Shown here: piece after piece, positions 9,082 to 18,316 of the stretch | Layout: each line of letters starts with the position of its first letter | Numbering within the stretch: position 1 is the stretch's first letter | Origin: a virus | Taxonomy: Duplodnaviria > Caudoviricetes | IMG/VR virus record: IMGVR_UViG_2588253758_000004 | Length of the DNA: 64,000 nt | Direction: 5' to 3' (one strand) | The notes under the pieces: model-generated | What the model was told of the DNA's origin: nothing | What the model saw: the letters and a program-made list of their open reading frames with translations, nothing else | Database searches by the model: none | Program-made: the position numbers and the translations under genes

Positions 9082-9832
9082 TGCTCAATCTCTCTTTTGC
9101 TGTTTTAAATATGGTGGAATCTATCTCTATCCCTATAAATTTGCGCCCTGTGTTTCGGCAGGCAACACCGGTGGAGCCACTGCCCATTGCAAAGTCGATT
9201 ACCGTGTCGCCCTCTTTGGTGTAGGTGCCAATCAGATACTCTAAAAGAGCAACCGGTTTCTGGGTCGGATGCAGGGCTGAGGTCTGTTTGTCGGTTTTGA
9301 ACTTCAATACACTGCGAGGGTATCGCTCCGTAGAGTCGTAGTTACCGTAATTGTCGTGTTTGCGGTATATGTCACCTGCACGGCATTTTAGTTGATGCTC
9401 TGGGGCTACTACTTTGCGTTTATGTCCATAAGTTTTGATTGGATAGTATGCCGGAAGTTTTTGGTAGAAGACCAGTATATCTTCGTGGCATTTGAGCGGC
9501 ATACGCTTAGCATTGAGAAACCCTGTGCCTTGGGTCTTCTCCCACACCCAGTTATAGCGGAGGTTCTTCAGGTTTGATGAACCCAGCGTTGAAGTGAAAG
9601 GTTGCTGAGCAAAGAGCAAAATCGCTGTATTTGGTTCGGTAATCATATCCAAGCAGCTCCACATCTGCGTTGTGTCGATGACCGAATCCCATTTGCAGTT
9701 TGTGGTGCCGAAAGGAATATCCGAGAGCACCAAATCCGCGTTAAAACCGCTATCAGCCAACTGAGGCATCACCTCAAGGCAATCGCCCAAGTAGAGGGTC
9801 GTATTACTGTCTATGATTGTTGGTTTTACCAT
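9068..9832 (-). CDS. DNA N6-adenine/N4-cytosine methyltransferase (beta class)
   Basis: GDCLE, motif IV DIPF, HPTQKPVAL, motif I DFAMGSGSTG. Confidence 0.9.
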   Translation of the reverse strand: MVKPTIIDSNTTLYLGDCLEVMPQLADSGFNADLVLSDIPFGTTNCKWDSVIDTTQMWSCLDMITEPNTAILLFAQQPFTSTLGSSNLKNLRYNWVWEKTQGTGFLNAKRMPLKCHEDILVFYQKLPAYYPIKTYGHKRKVVAPEHQLKCRAGDIYRKHDNYGNYDSTERYPRSVLKFKTDKQTSALHPTQKPVALLEYLIGTYTKEGDTVIDFAMGSGSTGVACRNTGRKFIGIEIDSTIFKTAKERLSNENK

Positions 9833-11540
9833 TGCCGAAGTAGTTAATCATCCATAAGTAATCTCTATGGTCGAACACTACATCGTCGCCATCAATCAAT
9901 TGATCTGCATATACTACCTGCTCCGTGCCATCACGAATGACGAGCAGTTGAGCATCTTTATCAAGTTTGAGAACCTTGCCGTTGTCGAGTGTCATTTCTA
10001 CATAGGCGTTGGTTTTCATCTCGTTTACGAACTTAGTCGTCTGTGTCGGATAGAGCCCGGCACGCTCGGGGAGCAGAAAACGCTCGAAAAGCAAATCAAA
10101 CTTTATCGGGTCGATAAGCGTTAGCCCCAGCAAGTACATCACCAAGCATCCGCCAGCCGAACCACGACCGCAACCCACCAATATACCATTGGCACGAGCC
10201 CAATTCACCGTATCGTACTGCACGAGCATATAGTCAACATTGTCGGTCGATTCAAGGATATAGACCTCGTGTTCCAACCGTTTACGATACTGCTCACTCT
10301 TGTCGGCAGGGACAAGCCGTGCGAACCCCTCTTCAAGCAGAGAGAGAAACATCGTGTGTCGGTCGTCATATTTTTGTTGCTCCTCGGGGGTCATATCGTA
10401 TCGGGGCATAAAATTTCTATCGGTCTCATACATCGCCATAGCTTTTTCGGCTATCTCGACTGTTGGTTGGCACATCTTCTCAAAAAGCTTCTCCACATTC
10501 CACTTGTCGTTAAAGAGTGGTTTGAGTACCGCAAAATGCTCATCCACATCTTTGAAGTATTGCTCATCACTCTGTCTGTGTGCTGCTCCGGTTGCCACCT
10601 TACCCAGCAGGATTTTGTTTTTCGCATCATCGCGGTCCAGATAGTAGCAATCCACTATTAGAATAGGGTCTATCTCGAATGAAAGGGTTAGCGGATTGCC
10701 AAAATTCTCAAAGAAAGTGGCAGCAGAGTTCAGCACCTCCACATCAATTCGGTCAGCTTTATACTCGCTCAAATCAACCTGAAAGTAGCACCGCTCAAAT
10801 CTCTGTTTGAATCCGCTAATCAGACGACGGTTCGCTTTGAGCCACCCTCCAGAGAGTTTGCCGAAGACCAATATGTTGCCTTCACCGTATTGGTTTAGGG
10901 TCTCGACAGAGATAGTTTGATTCTCAGAATCGACCATCACTGCCTTTTGAATCCGAAGCAGGTTTTGAAGACCTATCTGATTAATTGCATAGACCTTCAT
11001 CTCTACTTTCTCATCTAAATGCTCTACTGTGAGCGAGTAGCCGAAAACGTGTTTAATTCCGGCAGCCTTGCACTCCTTTTGTAGGTTGAGTGTTGCCGCC
11101 ATTGTGTTATAGTCGCATATTCCGATGGCTGAGTGGCCAAGGTATTTCGCCTTCCGTACCCAGAGCGACAAATCGCCCGAACCGCTAAGAAGCTCATACG
11201 GAGTATGCACACCCAAGTTCACAAATGGAGTTTGTAATTGAGTCGGTTTGCGTTTGCCTACATATTTAAGGATGTTGAAGCGGAACTCCTCTCGCAAATC
11301 GTAGTAGTACCAGTTGTTGCCAAATGGGAAAACCACATAAAAGATTCCCTCTTCCATCAACACCTCAGGGCTCTCCATCAGGTTAAACTTCAATTGCTCG
11401 GCATCGGATTTGAAAATGGAGGTTACCCTCGTTAGGTCGGCAAGAAAGAGTTTGCCAAACTCTTCTATCTCAATAACCTCATCATCTAATTGACTGTATG
11501 ATATTTTGTTGGCTTCAAGCCAAGGTATAAGTTCGTTCAT
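9804..11540 (-). CDS. dnaE: DNA polymerase III alpha, N-terminal fragment (PHP domain to ERFL motif) with C-terminal Hint-like tail
   Basis: VHTPYELL..G, IGICDY, GRGSAGG, LGLT.IDP, LLFERFLLPER. Confidence 0.92.
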   Translation of the reverse strand: MNELIPWLEANKISYSQLDDEVIEIEEFGKLFLADLTRVTSIFKSDAEQLKFNLMESPEVLMEEGIFYVVFPFGNNWYYYDLREEFRFNILKYVGKRKPTQLQTPFVNLGVHTPYELLSGSGDLSLWVRKAKYLGHSAIGICDYNTMAATLNLQKECKAAGIKHVFGYSLTVEHLDEKVEMKVYAINQIGLQNLLRIQKAVMVDSENQTISVETLNQYGEGNILVFGKLSGGWLKANRRLISGFKQRFERCYFQVDLSEYKADRIDVEVLNSAATFFENFGNPLTLSFEIDPILIVDCYYLDRDDAKNKILLGKVATGAAHRQSDEQYFKDVDEHFAVLKPLFNDKWNVEKLFEKMCQPTVEIAEKAMAMYETDRNFMPRYDMTPEEQQKYDDRHTMFLSLLEEGFARLVPADKSEQYRKRLEHEVYILESTDNVDYMLVQYDTVNWARANGILVGCGRGSAGGCLVMYLLGLTLIDPIKFDLLFERFLLPERAGLYPTQTTKFVNEMKTNAYVEMTLDNGKVLKLDKDAQLLVIRDGTEQVVYADQLIDGDDVVFDHRDYLWMINYFGNGKTNNHRQ

Positions 11541-12574
11541 CGTTGTTGGATTTTAGTAAGTTTATATTCGAGTGGTGTTTTAAGGCGATGGGCAAAAATT
11601 TCAAATATCTCTGCTCGGGTGAGGTCTTGCCAATCCTTCGTGGGGTCGGCAATGTCTGCAATGAGCACATCGAAGTAGCTGGCAAGCTCCGAAGCTGTCT
11701 GTTTGATAGCCTCCACCGCATCACCATCATAGCCCAGAACCACCGTTTTGACCCCTTTGGACTGAAGTTTATAGATTTGCACATTGGAGATTTTCTTGCC
11801 GAAGGTGGCAACCACTGCAATCTCTCGGCTGTCGTATAGTTCCAGCTTGCGAGTGAGTGCCACTACATCAAAAATGCCCTCGACAATAATCACCGTGTCA
11901 GTCTCATCCTCGATGACGGCATCGTAGTTATAGAGCAACTTGATAAAGTCGTTCTGCGTGGAGTTATTGAAGCGTCTGATTTGATATTCGCCCCTGATTT
12001 TGGCTTTGCGGTTGTAGCTGTCAATTTCGTCCTTACTCCAGATATGGCGAGCCACATAGCCCACCGTATCGCCTTCATCTATGACCGGGAAAATCACATA
12101 GTCATCAAATCGGCGGTTGAGCCCCTTAGTGGTGCCGACCGGAAAATATTCGTAGTCATCCATACTGAAACCACGGTTTTTCAGGTAAGGGTGCGAGAAG
12201 GTTCGTCTGTAAAAATCCGGCAGCTCGACAATACCCAACGAGTCGTCAATCTCATCGTCCTGCTCCAAGGGGAACAGCAGTTCTGGGTTCAGCTCCGCTT
12301 CAAGGTCGATGGTCTGCGTTACCGCCAGATCCATACGCCCGATATCTTCCAACAGCCTACCGAGAGTCTGGTTTGAGCGACCGCACGAAAAGCAGTGGCT
12401 CATAAACTGTCTCTTGCGCTGACTTTCCTTGCCGATGTATATGCCAAACTTACCCTCCTTGCCACAGTACGGGCAGCGACAAATCAGGTTCTTATTGCCG
12501 CCGTCCCGCTGTGCCGAAAGGTGTCGTGTCAGCTCCTCAATAAGATACTGGGTCTCTGTCTTAGTCAGTATCAT
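11537..12574 (-). CDS. dnaG: DNA primase (Zn finger + TOPRIM; start revised to MILTK)
   Basis: CPYC..HCFSC zinc-binding domain, VEGIFD, YDGD. Confidence 0.88.
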   Translation of the reverse strand: MILTKTETQYLIEELTRHLSAQRDGGNKNLICRCPYCGKEGKFGIYIGKESQRKRQFMSHCFSCGRSNQTLGRLLEDIGRMDLAVTQTIDLEAELNPELLFPLEQDDEIDDSLGIVELPDFYRRTFSHPYLKNRGFSMDDYEYFPVGTTKGLNRRFDDYVIFPVIDEGDTVGYVARHIWSKDEIDSYNRKAKIRGEYQIRRFNNSTQNDFIKLLYNYDAVIEDETDTVIIVEGIFDVVALTRKLELYDSREIAVVATFGKKISNVQIYKLQSKGVKTVVLGYDGDAVEAIKQTASELASYFDVLIADIADPTKDWQDLTRAEIFEIFAHRLKTPLEYKLTKIQQR

Positions 12575-13937
12575 GGGTCGGAGCATCAAGGGTGGAAGTT
12601 TTTTCTGCGTCGTAGAACACCTCATTATCGTAGTCAGTGACGATATGAATGGTGTCGCCCTTTTTAAAGAATCGGGACTTGGCAATATGGAGTCGCATAC
12701 GGTTGAAATGCCTCTCCGCTGCGGTTTGGTTCAAACTAATAAGGTGGGTACATGGGCGTGCAAGCCCTTTCGCCTCGGAACAGTTGTATTCGGTCAATAC
12801 ATTTTTGTCGTTGTTGAGCCAGTCACGGTTCTCGATGGTAGCTTGATAAGTTACCACCATCCAAACTTTCTCATCGCCTGCCAAGTCTTTGAGGTCATTG
12901 GCAACGGCTATGCGTTTACTGCGTTCGTGTTCAGCATTCCACAATCGGCGACTGGCATCGGTCAATAGGTCCATTGAGTCGATCACCACAATGTCGGGTT
13001 GTCGTCCTGTCTTTTTTCGATATTCGGCAATGCTGTTTTTGATGTCAAGCGTTGATACTCTTGCGTTAAATCGTGGGTAGGTGCGAACTGCAATAGAGCC
13101 TTTGAGGGCACTGACACTCTGTTCATATCGTTTCATCTCCAACTCACTGATTTTGCCACGCTCGAACTGATAGGCGTTTTTCCGTATCAATCCACCCGAA
13201 TAGGCGTTCAACGCCTCCTCTTCCGAGCCTTCCAACTGAAAATGCAGCGTATGCAGTCCATCTTCTTGATTGGCAGCAACCCCAATATGCTTTACGATAT
13301 GCGATTTACCAACTCCCGTAGAGGCGAGGAAACAAGTAAGCTGACCACGCAGGTTACGACCATCATTTAGAGCATCTAAATATTCGATGTAGAAGCGTGA
13401 AACCTGTGGCAGGGAGGACATTTTTTCTTCCAGTTCACGCTGTCGATTCTTTTTGTATCGCTCCGAAAAGGTAGCCCCGACATCAATAAATGCGTTTGAC
13501 TTGAGTGTGAACCCCGATAACCACTCAGCATACTCTTTCAACAGGGCTTCCGCTTTCTCCTGTTTGCTCTGATTGTAGAGCTTGCCCACCTCGGTATAGA
13601 CATTTTGAAGCCGCACACCCTTGATGTAGTTCTCGAACATATCAAGCACAATCTCAGAGGTCGAGTCACCATCATACTCAACGATGGTGTTTATCAACTC
13701 TATCGCATCGTAGTCGCTATTGAAGGCTTGTGAAAGGATAGCGTAGGATGGAGGTGTTTTGTAGTTCTTGAAGTGATTGGCGAAGAGCTCCTGTACTCGC
13801 TGAAACGAGCGGTCAGGCAGAAACTCCTTCTCCATATACTGCACAAGAACACTGCACACCCCATCGTTACGCATAGCCGTGGCATATAACTCATAGAGGA
13901 ACTCAACGCTCAGAGGATTAGTTTTTCTCTTCTCCAT
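12561..13937 (-). CDS. dnaB: Replicative SF4 DNA helicase (DnaB/gp41-like)
   Basis: ASTGVGKS, FQLE, VVIDSMDLL, TYQ, AKSR. Confidence 0.88.
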   Translation of the reverse strand: MEKRKTNPLSVEFLYELYATAMRNDGVCSVLVQYMEKEFLPDRSFQRVQELFANHFKNYKTPPSYAILSQAFNSDYDAIELINTIVEYDGDSTSEIVLDMFENYIKGVRLQNVYTEVGKLYNQSKQEKAEALLKEYAEWLSGFTLKSNAFIDVGATFSERYKKNRQRELEEKMSSLPQVSRFYIEYLDALNDGRNLRGQLTCFLASTGVGKSHIVKHIGVAANQEDGLHTLHFQLEGSEEEALNAYSGGLIRKNAYQFERGKISELEMKRYEQSVSALKGSIAVRTYPRFNARVSTLDIKNSIAEYRKKTGRQPDIVVIDSMDLLTDASRRLWNAEHERSKRIAVANDLKDLAGDEKVWMVVTYQATIENRDWLNNDKNVLTEYNCSEAKGLARPCTHLISLNQTAAERHFNRMRLHIAKSRFFKKGDTIHIVTDYDNEVFYDAEKTSTLDAPTHDTD

Positions 13938-13939
13938 GC

Positions 13940-14551
13940 CTATAAACCCTCTTTTTTAAGCCGACCATCTACGGTGAGCACATCTCTCATATTCTTCTTA
14001 GCTAAGAATATGCGGCTTTTTATGGTTTCGGAGTTCTTGGTTTTCAGATTGCCATTCTGATAGGATATTTCGACAATCTCATCCATTCGATAGCCTGCCT
14101 GCTGAAGCAACAAAGCCTCCCTGTGAATTTCAGGGAGAGCGTCTAAGGCTTCGAGAATCTCATCGTTGTAATGCTCCCGAAAGTTGTCGAGTCCCATACA
14201 ATTGCAGCTCAACGATTCGACACTGTCAGCGATGTCATTCAGTTCGATGTTATCTTTTTTCTTGGGCACTTTGCTGTTTTGACGGTTCAGATCAAAAATA
14301 TAGCGTTGCGCCACCGAATAGATCCAACTCTTGAGCCCACGTGAGGGATTGTAGCTTTCGATGTATCGAAAGAAATTTACCAACACCTCGCTGTAATTAT
14401 CCTCAATATCCTTCTGGTCGTTTGTATACTTGATACATATACTGTAAACTAACCTCTTGTGAGGTAGGATATACTTTGTAAATAGTTCCGTCCTGCGCTT
14501 GATAGACTCCGGATCTAAGTCTCTCACGGACGGCAATAATTGCTTTTTCAC
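13940..14551 (-). CDS. Phage-encoded RNA polymerase sigma-70 family factor (ECF-like)
   Basis: Region 2 DIEDNYSEV..F..I.SY..LKSWIY; region 4 ALDALPEIHREALLL..GY..EI..TIKSRIFLAK. Confidence 0.88.
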   Translation of the reverse strand: MKKQLLPSVRDLDPESIKRRTELFTKYILPHKRLVYSICIKYTNDQKDIEDNYSEVLVNFFRYIESYNPSRGLKSWIYSVAQRYIFDLNRQNSKVPKKKDNIELNDIADSVESLSCNCMGLDNFREHYNDEILEALDALPEIHREALLLQQAGYRMDEIVEISYQNGNLKTKNSETIKSRIFLAKKNMRDVLTVDGRLKKEGL

Positions 14552-14575
14552 TCATTCCAGCCATAATCGTAATAC

Positions 14576-15511
14576 TTAATCTGTTATTCAATCTTCAAGC
14601 TTATTTCAGCGTCAGTTTATATGTGGGACGTTGTAGTGATTAGTGATATCAACAAAAGTGTGAGCCACTAATCACTATCAACCAAACACCATTTACTCCT
14701 TACCAAGGAATTTATTTACAAAGTAGATAAGCCCCTTACCTGTGACTTTGGGTGTGCTCTTCACTATGGATGAGCCATCGGGATTATTGATGGTTCGCTT
14801 CTTTATCTCAAACAATCCTTGCTCCATCGCTCTTTGGGTAGGGATATTGTGGCTCTCTCCCTTAGTGCAGAGGTAATTATTATCTCGAAGCCACTCAAAA
14901 AGTCTGTTTTGCCCTATCTCGACTCCGTTTTGGCATAGGATTTTTGCCAGTTCCCCGACAAGGCAACTACTGTGCGATGTCTCGACCGCTGAGGCAAAGA
15001 GGACTTTGGGAGCTTGCAGGACAAGAGTTTTTCGTTGTTGCTCTATCTCTTCCGACTGCGTTGCTGCCAACTTCAACGCTTCGGAATAGGTTTGAGGAAT
15101 CTTAAACCCACCGTACATTTTTTCTCGCTCTAACTCTTCCCAGCGGTCTATAATAGCAGCTCTTAATGTTACATCGTAACCACTGGCAAGCAACAAGCAC
15201 GCTTTCTTGTTGAGTATATACATAAAATTGCGTTTGCCATTGGATGCTATGTACTCCGATTCGTCAATCTGATATTCGCTATTCTTAGTAGAGCCCAAAT
15301 TTGGGCTGTACTCTGGCATCTTGTCTATCAAACACTTAACATCTCGAATTATGTGTCTGTGGTGTTTATTTGTGACCTCTGCTATCTGCAAAGAAGTGAG
15401 CGTTTGTACTACTTGACTATTGAAGATTTCTACGTCTTTCATTTTGAATTGATTTTGCTTTTTTAGATTAATCTATTGTTCAATCTTCAGGCTTATTTCA
15501 GCAGTCAATTT
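14576..15511. repeat. ~43-bp imperfect direct repeat (14576-14618 and 15468-15511) flanking the rha-ant gene
   Basis: ttaatctgttattcaatcttcaagcttatttcagc-gtcagttt vs ttaatctattgttcaatcttcaggcttatttcagcagtcaattt. Confidence 0.85.
14693..15442 (-). CDS. Rha-family regulator fused to antirepressor ANT/KilAC domain
   Basis: LTSLQIAEVT.KHH.HI.RD; PQTYSEAL; IGQNRLFEWLR; TPKVTGKG.YF. Confidence 0.88.
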   Translation of the reverse strand: MKDVEIFNSQVVQTLTSLQIAEVTNKHHRHIIRDVKCLIDKMPEYSPNLGSTKNSEYQIDESEYIASNGKRNFMYILNKKACLLLASGYDVTLRAAIIDRWEELEREKMYGGFKIPQTYSEALKLAATQSEEIEQQRKTLVLQAPKVLFASAVETSHSSCLVGELAKILCQNGVEIGQNRLFEWLRDNNYLCTKGESHNIPTQRAMEQGLFEIKKRTINNPDGSSIVKSTPKVTGKGLIYFVNKFLGKE

Positions 15512-15535
15512 TTAATCTATAAAACAATCACTTAT

Positions 15536-16018
15536 TTAGAATACCCTGTACTTATTGCAGTAGTATTTGAATATCCAGAAAGCATCCGCTTCGTCGTCAT
15601 TTTTAGCGTGAAAGTTATATTTGCTCTCCGCCGCCTTAATCATATCGACTTTGCTTGCTTTGCCGTTGCCTGTTGCAAATTTTTTCAAGCTCATCACATT
15701 AACAAACACCGGTTCGGGTAGCTCTAACTCATCGCATACTTCCAGCAGAATGCCTCGAAGCTCACAGAGCTTTCGCATATCGTAGAAGTGGCTATTGACA
15801 TTCACGTCTTCGGCAACTACCTGCCTGATATTATGCGTTTTTATATATTCAATTAGGGTGTCTCGAAACGCCTTGTGTTGTTTGTTGTCATTTCGTTGCT
15901 TTGACTCATAAAAATTCCATGCTCCCGATTCGTGGGCCGAATAATATCCGGTTTGTGATGCGATGTCGAGAGCCAGAACCTCATCTTTGGTTGGTTTACA
16001 CGATAAATGATTTGCCAT
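15536..16018 (-). CDS. ruvC: RuvC-like Holliday junction resolvase
   Basis: LALDIA, VAED, KKFATGNGKASK, DEADA. Confidence 0.85.
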   Translation of the reverse strand: MANHLSCKPTKDEVLALDIASQTGYYSAHESGAWNFYESKQRNDNKQHKAFRDTLIEYIKTHNIRQVVAEDVNVNSHFYDMRKLCELRGILLEVCDELELPEPVFVNVMSLKKFATGNGKASKVDMIKAAESKYNFHAKNDDEADAFWIFKYYCNKYRVF

Positions 16019-18311
16019 TCTCTTTTCGGATGATTAGTGTGTGCGGGTATGATTCGCTTACGTGTCCGTGCGAGACCACCAAGGCGGTGATGCCAAGGCG
16101 GTTAATCGACTCGAACATTTTGGCGTTCCCCTGCTCATCTACTGCCGCCAGAATCTCATCCAATACCAATAAATCAAGACCCTTATCGCCCTCGCAGTTG
16201 CTGTTGACCAGCTTCTGCATCGCGAGGATAGACGAGAGGTTTACTCGTGCCTTTTCGCCCTCCGAGAACTTGCCAAAAGAGCCGCAATCTACACCGTCCC
16301 GAAGAAGCGAAATCGAGATTTTCTCTCTCACTTTGCCCGTTTTCAGTACGGTATAGCCGGAGAACTGAATTCGAATATCACTACCGATGCTCTCTAAAAA
16401 CTCATTGGTAATTTGACTCAGAGCCTCGATCTTCGTGTTTGCCAAATAGGACTTAAACTGAGCAAATCGTTGCTCCTGTTCTTGCAGACGCTTTAGTCTC
16501 TGCTCGACCTCCGACTTCGTTTTCAGTGTCTCATTAGAGCGTTTGCGGACATCTTTTAGCGATTCTCGGAGCGACTGGATAACCTCATCCGGCGACGAAT
16601 TGTTAATCTCGCCGATGGTGGAATAAAGTGTCTCGATGGAGCTTTCGGTAGCTGCCACATCCTCATTGAGCGTTTTAATCTCACGTTTGCGAGACGCAGT
16701 GGCTGAGTCGATAATCTCGTATGCCTGGTCGAACATCTTGCGGCGTGTGCTCTCAATCTCTTTCTGAATGGTGGCGATTTTCTCGGTGAACTGCTTCCCT
16801 TTGCGTTGCAGAGATTCCAGCTTGAAATTGAGCGTTTGCAACTCCTTCTCGGCAGCATCAACTTTGGCAAGCCAATCGCTGTTGTCGGTGTTGAGTTGTC
16901 GCCTTGCCTGCTGAATCTCTTTTTGGTCCTGCTCGATAAAGACAATCGTCTTTTCGGTCTCGGTTCGCTTTTGGGTGGTCTGCTCGGCTTCAGTTTGAAG
17001 TCGCTCCAACTCTTTTTCGCCTTGGGCAACATCAAACGAACTGTCAGATGCTACAAACTCAAACTGACACTTCGGGCAAGTGATAGCTCCGGCAATTTTG
17101 TTTTTAAGCAATTCAATAGCAGAACTGTGAGTTCGCCTCTTCTCCAGCAATGAGGTACAGAGCCGGTTCGCCTCCTGCATCTCTTTCTCTAAGTCTGCAA
17201 GTTGTTTTTTGTAACTTTCGCTTTTGGTGGTAGCTTTAGTCACAAACTCGGCGTGCTCAGATTTGAGTTTATCGCAAACTGCTTGCTGCTGTTGCACTTT
17301 GACATCCAAAGACTCCAGTTCATCAGACAAACCCTCTCGTTCACTTTGAACCTGAGCGAGTTCGTCAGTCTTCGTTTTCAGAACATTGTTCCAGTCAGTA
17401 AGTTTTCCGAATGGCTTTAAGAGCATTTCAATGCCGTTTAGACAAATCTCCAACGACTCTTCACTATGTTCAAGTAGCTGGACTTCTTTGTCGGCAGTGT
17501 CGAGGGTTACCAGCACATCGGCGTGGGCATCTATCTGAACGCTGAGCATACGAAGCGACTCTCGTTTTTCGGCGATAGTATGTTCAATACCCTTGATGCG
17601 TTCCGCTTTGTTACGGTTGCGCTCCTCCTTGCCGTTCTCCTCCTTGTCGATTTGTTCGATTAGCATCTGGGTACGACCCTCCAACGATGCGAAGTCGAGT
17701 TCCACGGCTTTGAGTTCATCAGCGATGGGCTCCATATCCTGACATACTCGCTCGATAGCTTCATCGACCACAATGCCGTTGCTGAAACGATTGATTATCT
17801 CCTTCTTATCCTTGTCTGAACACGACAAAAAGTCTTCGTAACGGTGTTTGGAGAGGATAAAGTTGTTGAATAGCTCATCACGAGTGATGCCCAATTTTTC
17901 GAGAATGTACTTCGTGTAGGCATCCACTGAGTGCTGTACGGCCTCATCGGTATCAACCAATTTGCCATCTCGCTCAATCGAGCAATGCACCACAGATGCC
18001 CCTTTACGATAAAGCTCACGTTCAACGGCAAACACCTCATTGCACGAACTGTTGAAAAACTCCAATCGCACGTAACACTCATCGGCAGCATCGTTGATAA
18101 TCTCCTCATTCTTGATTTTTCGCAGCGGTGAGCCTGTAATGCCAATAGCGATACACTCCAACAATGCAGATTTACCGGAACCATTCGAGCGTTGGCTCTC
18201 ATTGTCCCGATTGTCGCCAAAAATCAATGTGGTAACGCCTTGATTGAGCGTGTACTCTATCTCACGAAAGGCACATAGATTGCGTGCCTCTATTTTGTTT
18301 AGTTTCCACAT
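15996..18311 (-). CDS. sbcC: SbcC/Rad50/gp46-like ATPase
   Basis: NGSGKS, long coiled coil with CPKC hook, FSEGE signature, LVLDE. Confidence 0.92.
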   Translation of the reverse strand: MWKLNKIEARNLCAFREIEYTLNQGVTTLIFGDNRDNESQRSNGSGKSALLECIAIGITGSPLRKIKNEEIINDAADECYVRLEFFNSSCNEVFAVERELYRKGASVVHCSIERDGKLVDTDEAVQHSVDAYTKYILEKLGITRDELFNNFILSKHRYEDFLSCSDKDKKEIINRFSNGIVVDEAIERVCQDMEPIADELKAVELDFASLEGRTQMLIEQIDKEENGKEERNRNKAERIKGIEHTIAEKRESLRMLSVQIDAHADVLVTLDTADKEVQLLEHSEESLEICLNGIEMLLKPFGKLTDWNNVLKTKTDELAQVQSEREGLSDELESLDVKVQQQQAVCDKLKSEHAEFVTKATTKSESYKKQLADLEKEMQEANRLCTSLLEKRRTHSSAIELLKNKIAGAITCPKCQFEFVASDSSFDVAQGEKELERLQTEAEQTTQKRTETEKTIVFIEQDQKEIQQARRQLNTDNSDWLAKVDAAEKELQTLNFKLESLQRKGKQFTEKIATIQKEIESTRRKMFDQAYEIIDSATASRKREIKTLNEDVAATESSIETLYSTIGEINNSSPDEVIQSLRESLKDVRKRSNETLKTKSEVEQRLKRLQEQEQRFAQFKSYLANTKIEALSQITNEFLESIGSDIRIQFSGYTVLKTGKVREKISISLLRDGVDCGSFGKFSEGEKARVNLSSILAMQKLVNSNCEGDKGLDLLVLDEILAAVDEQGNAKMFESINRLGITALVVSHGHVSESYPHTLIIRKENGKSFIV

Positions 18312-18316
18312 AGCGG

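Noticed and set aside
8995-10055. Functional trans-splicing intein or group I intron in dnaE
   Set aside because: No Cys/Ser1, TxxH or terminal Asn plus nucleophile; the gap is fully coding with overlapping ORFs, leaving no room for an intron core
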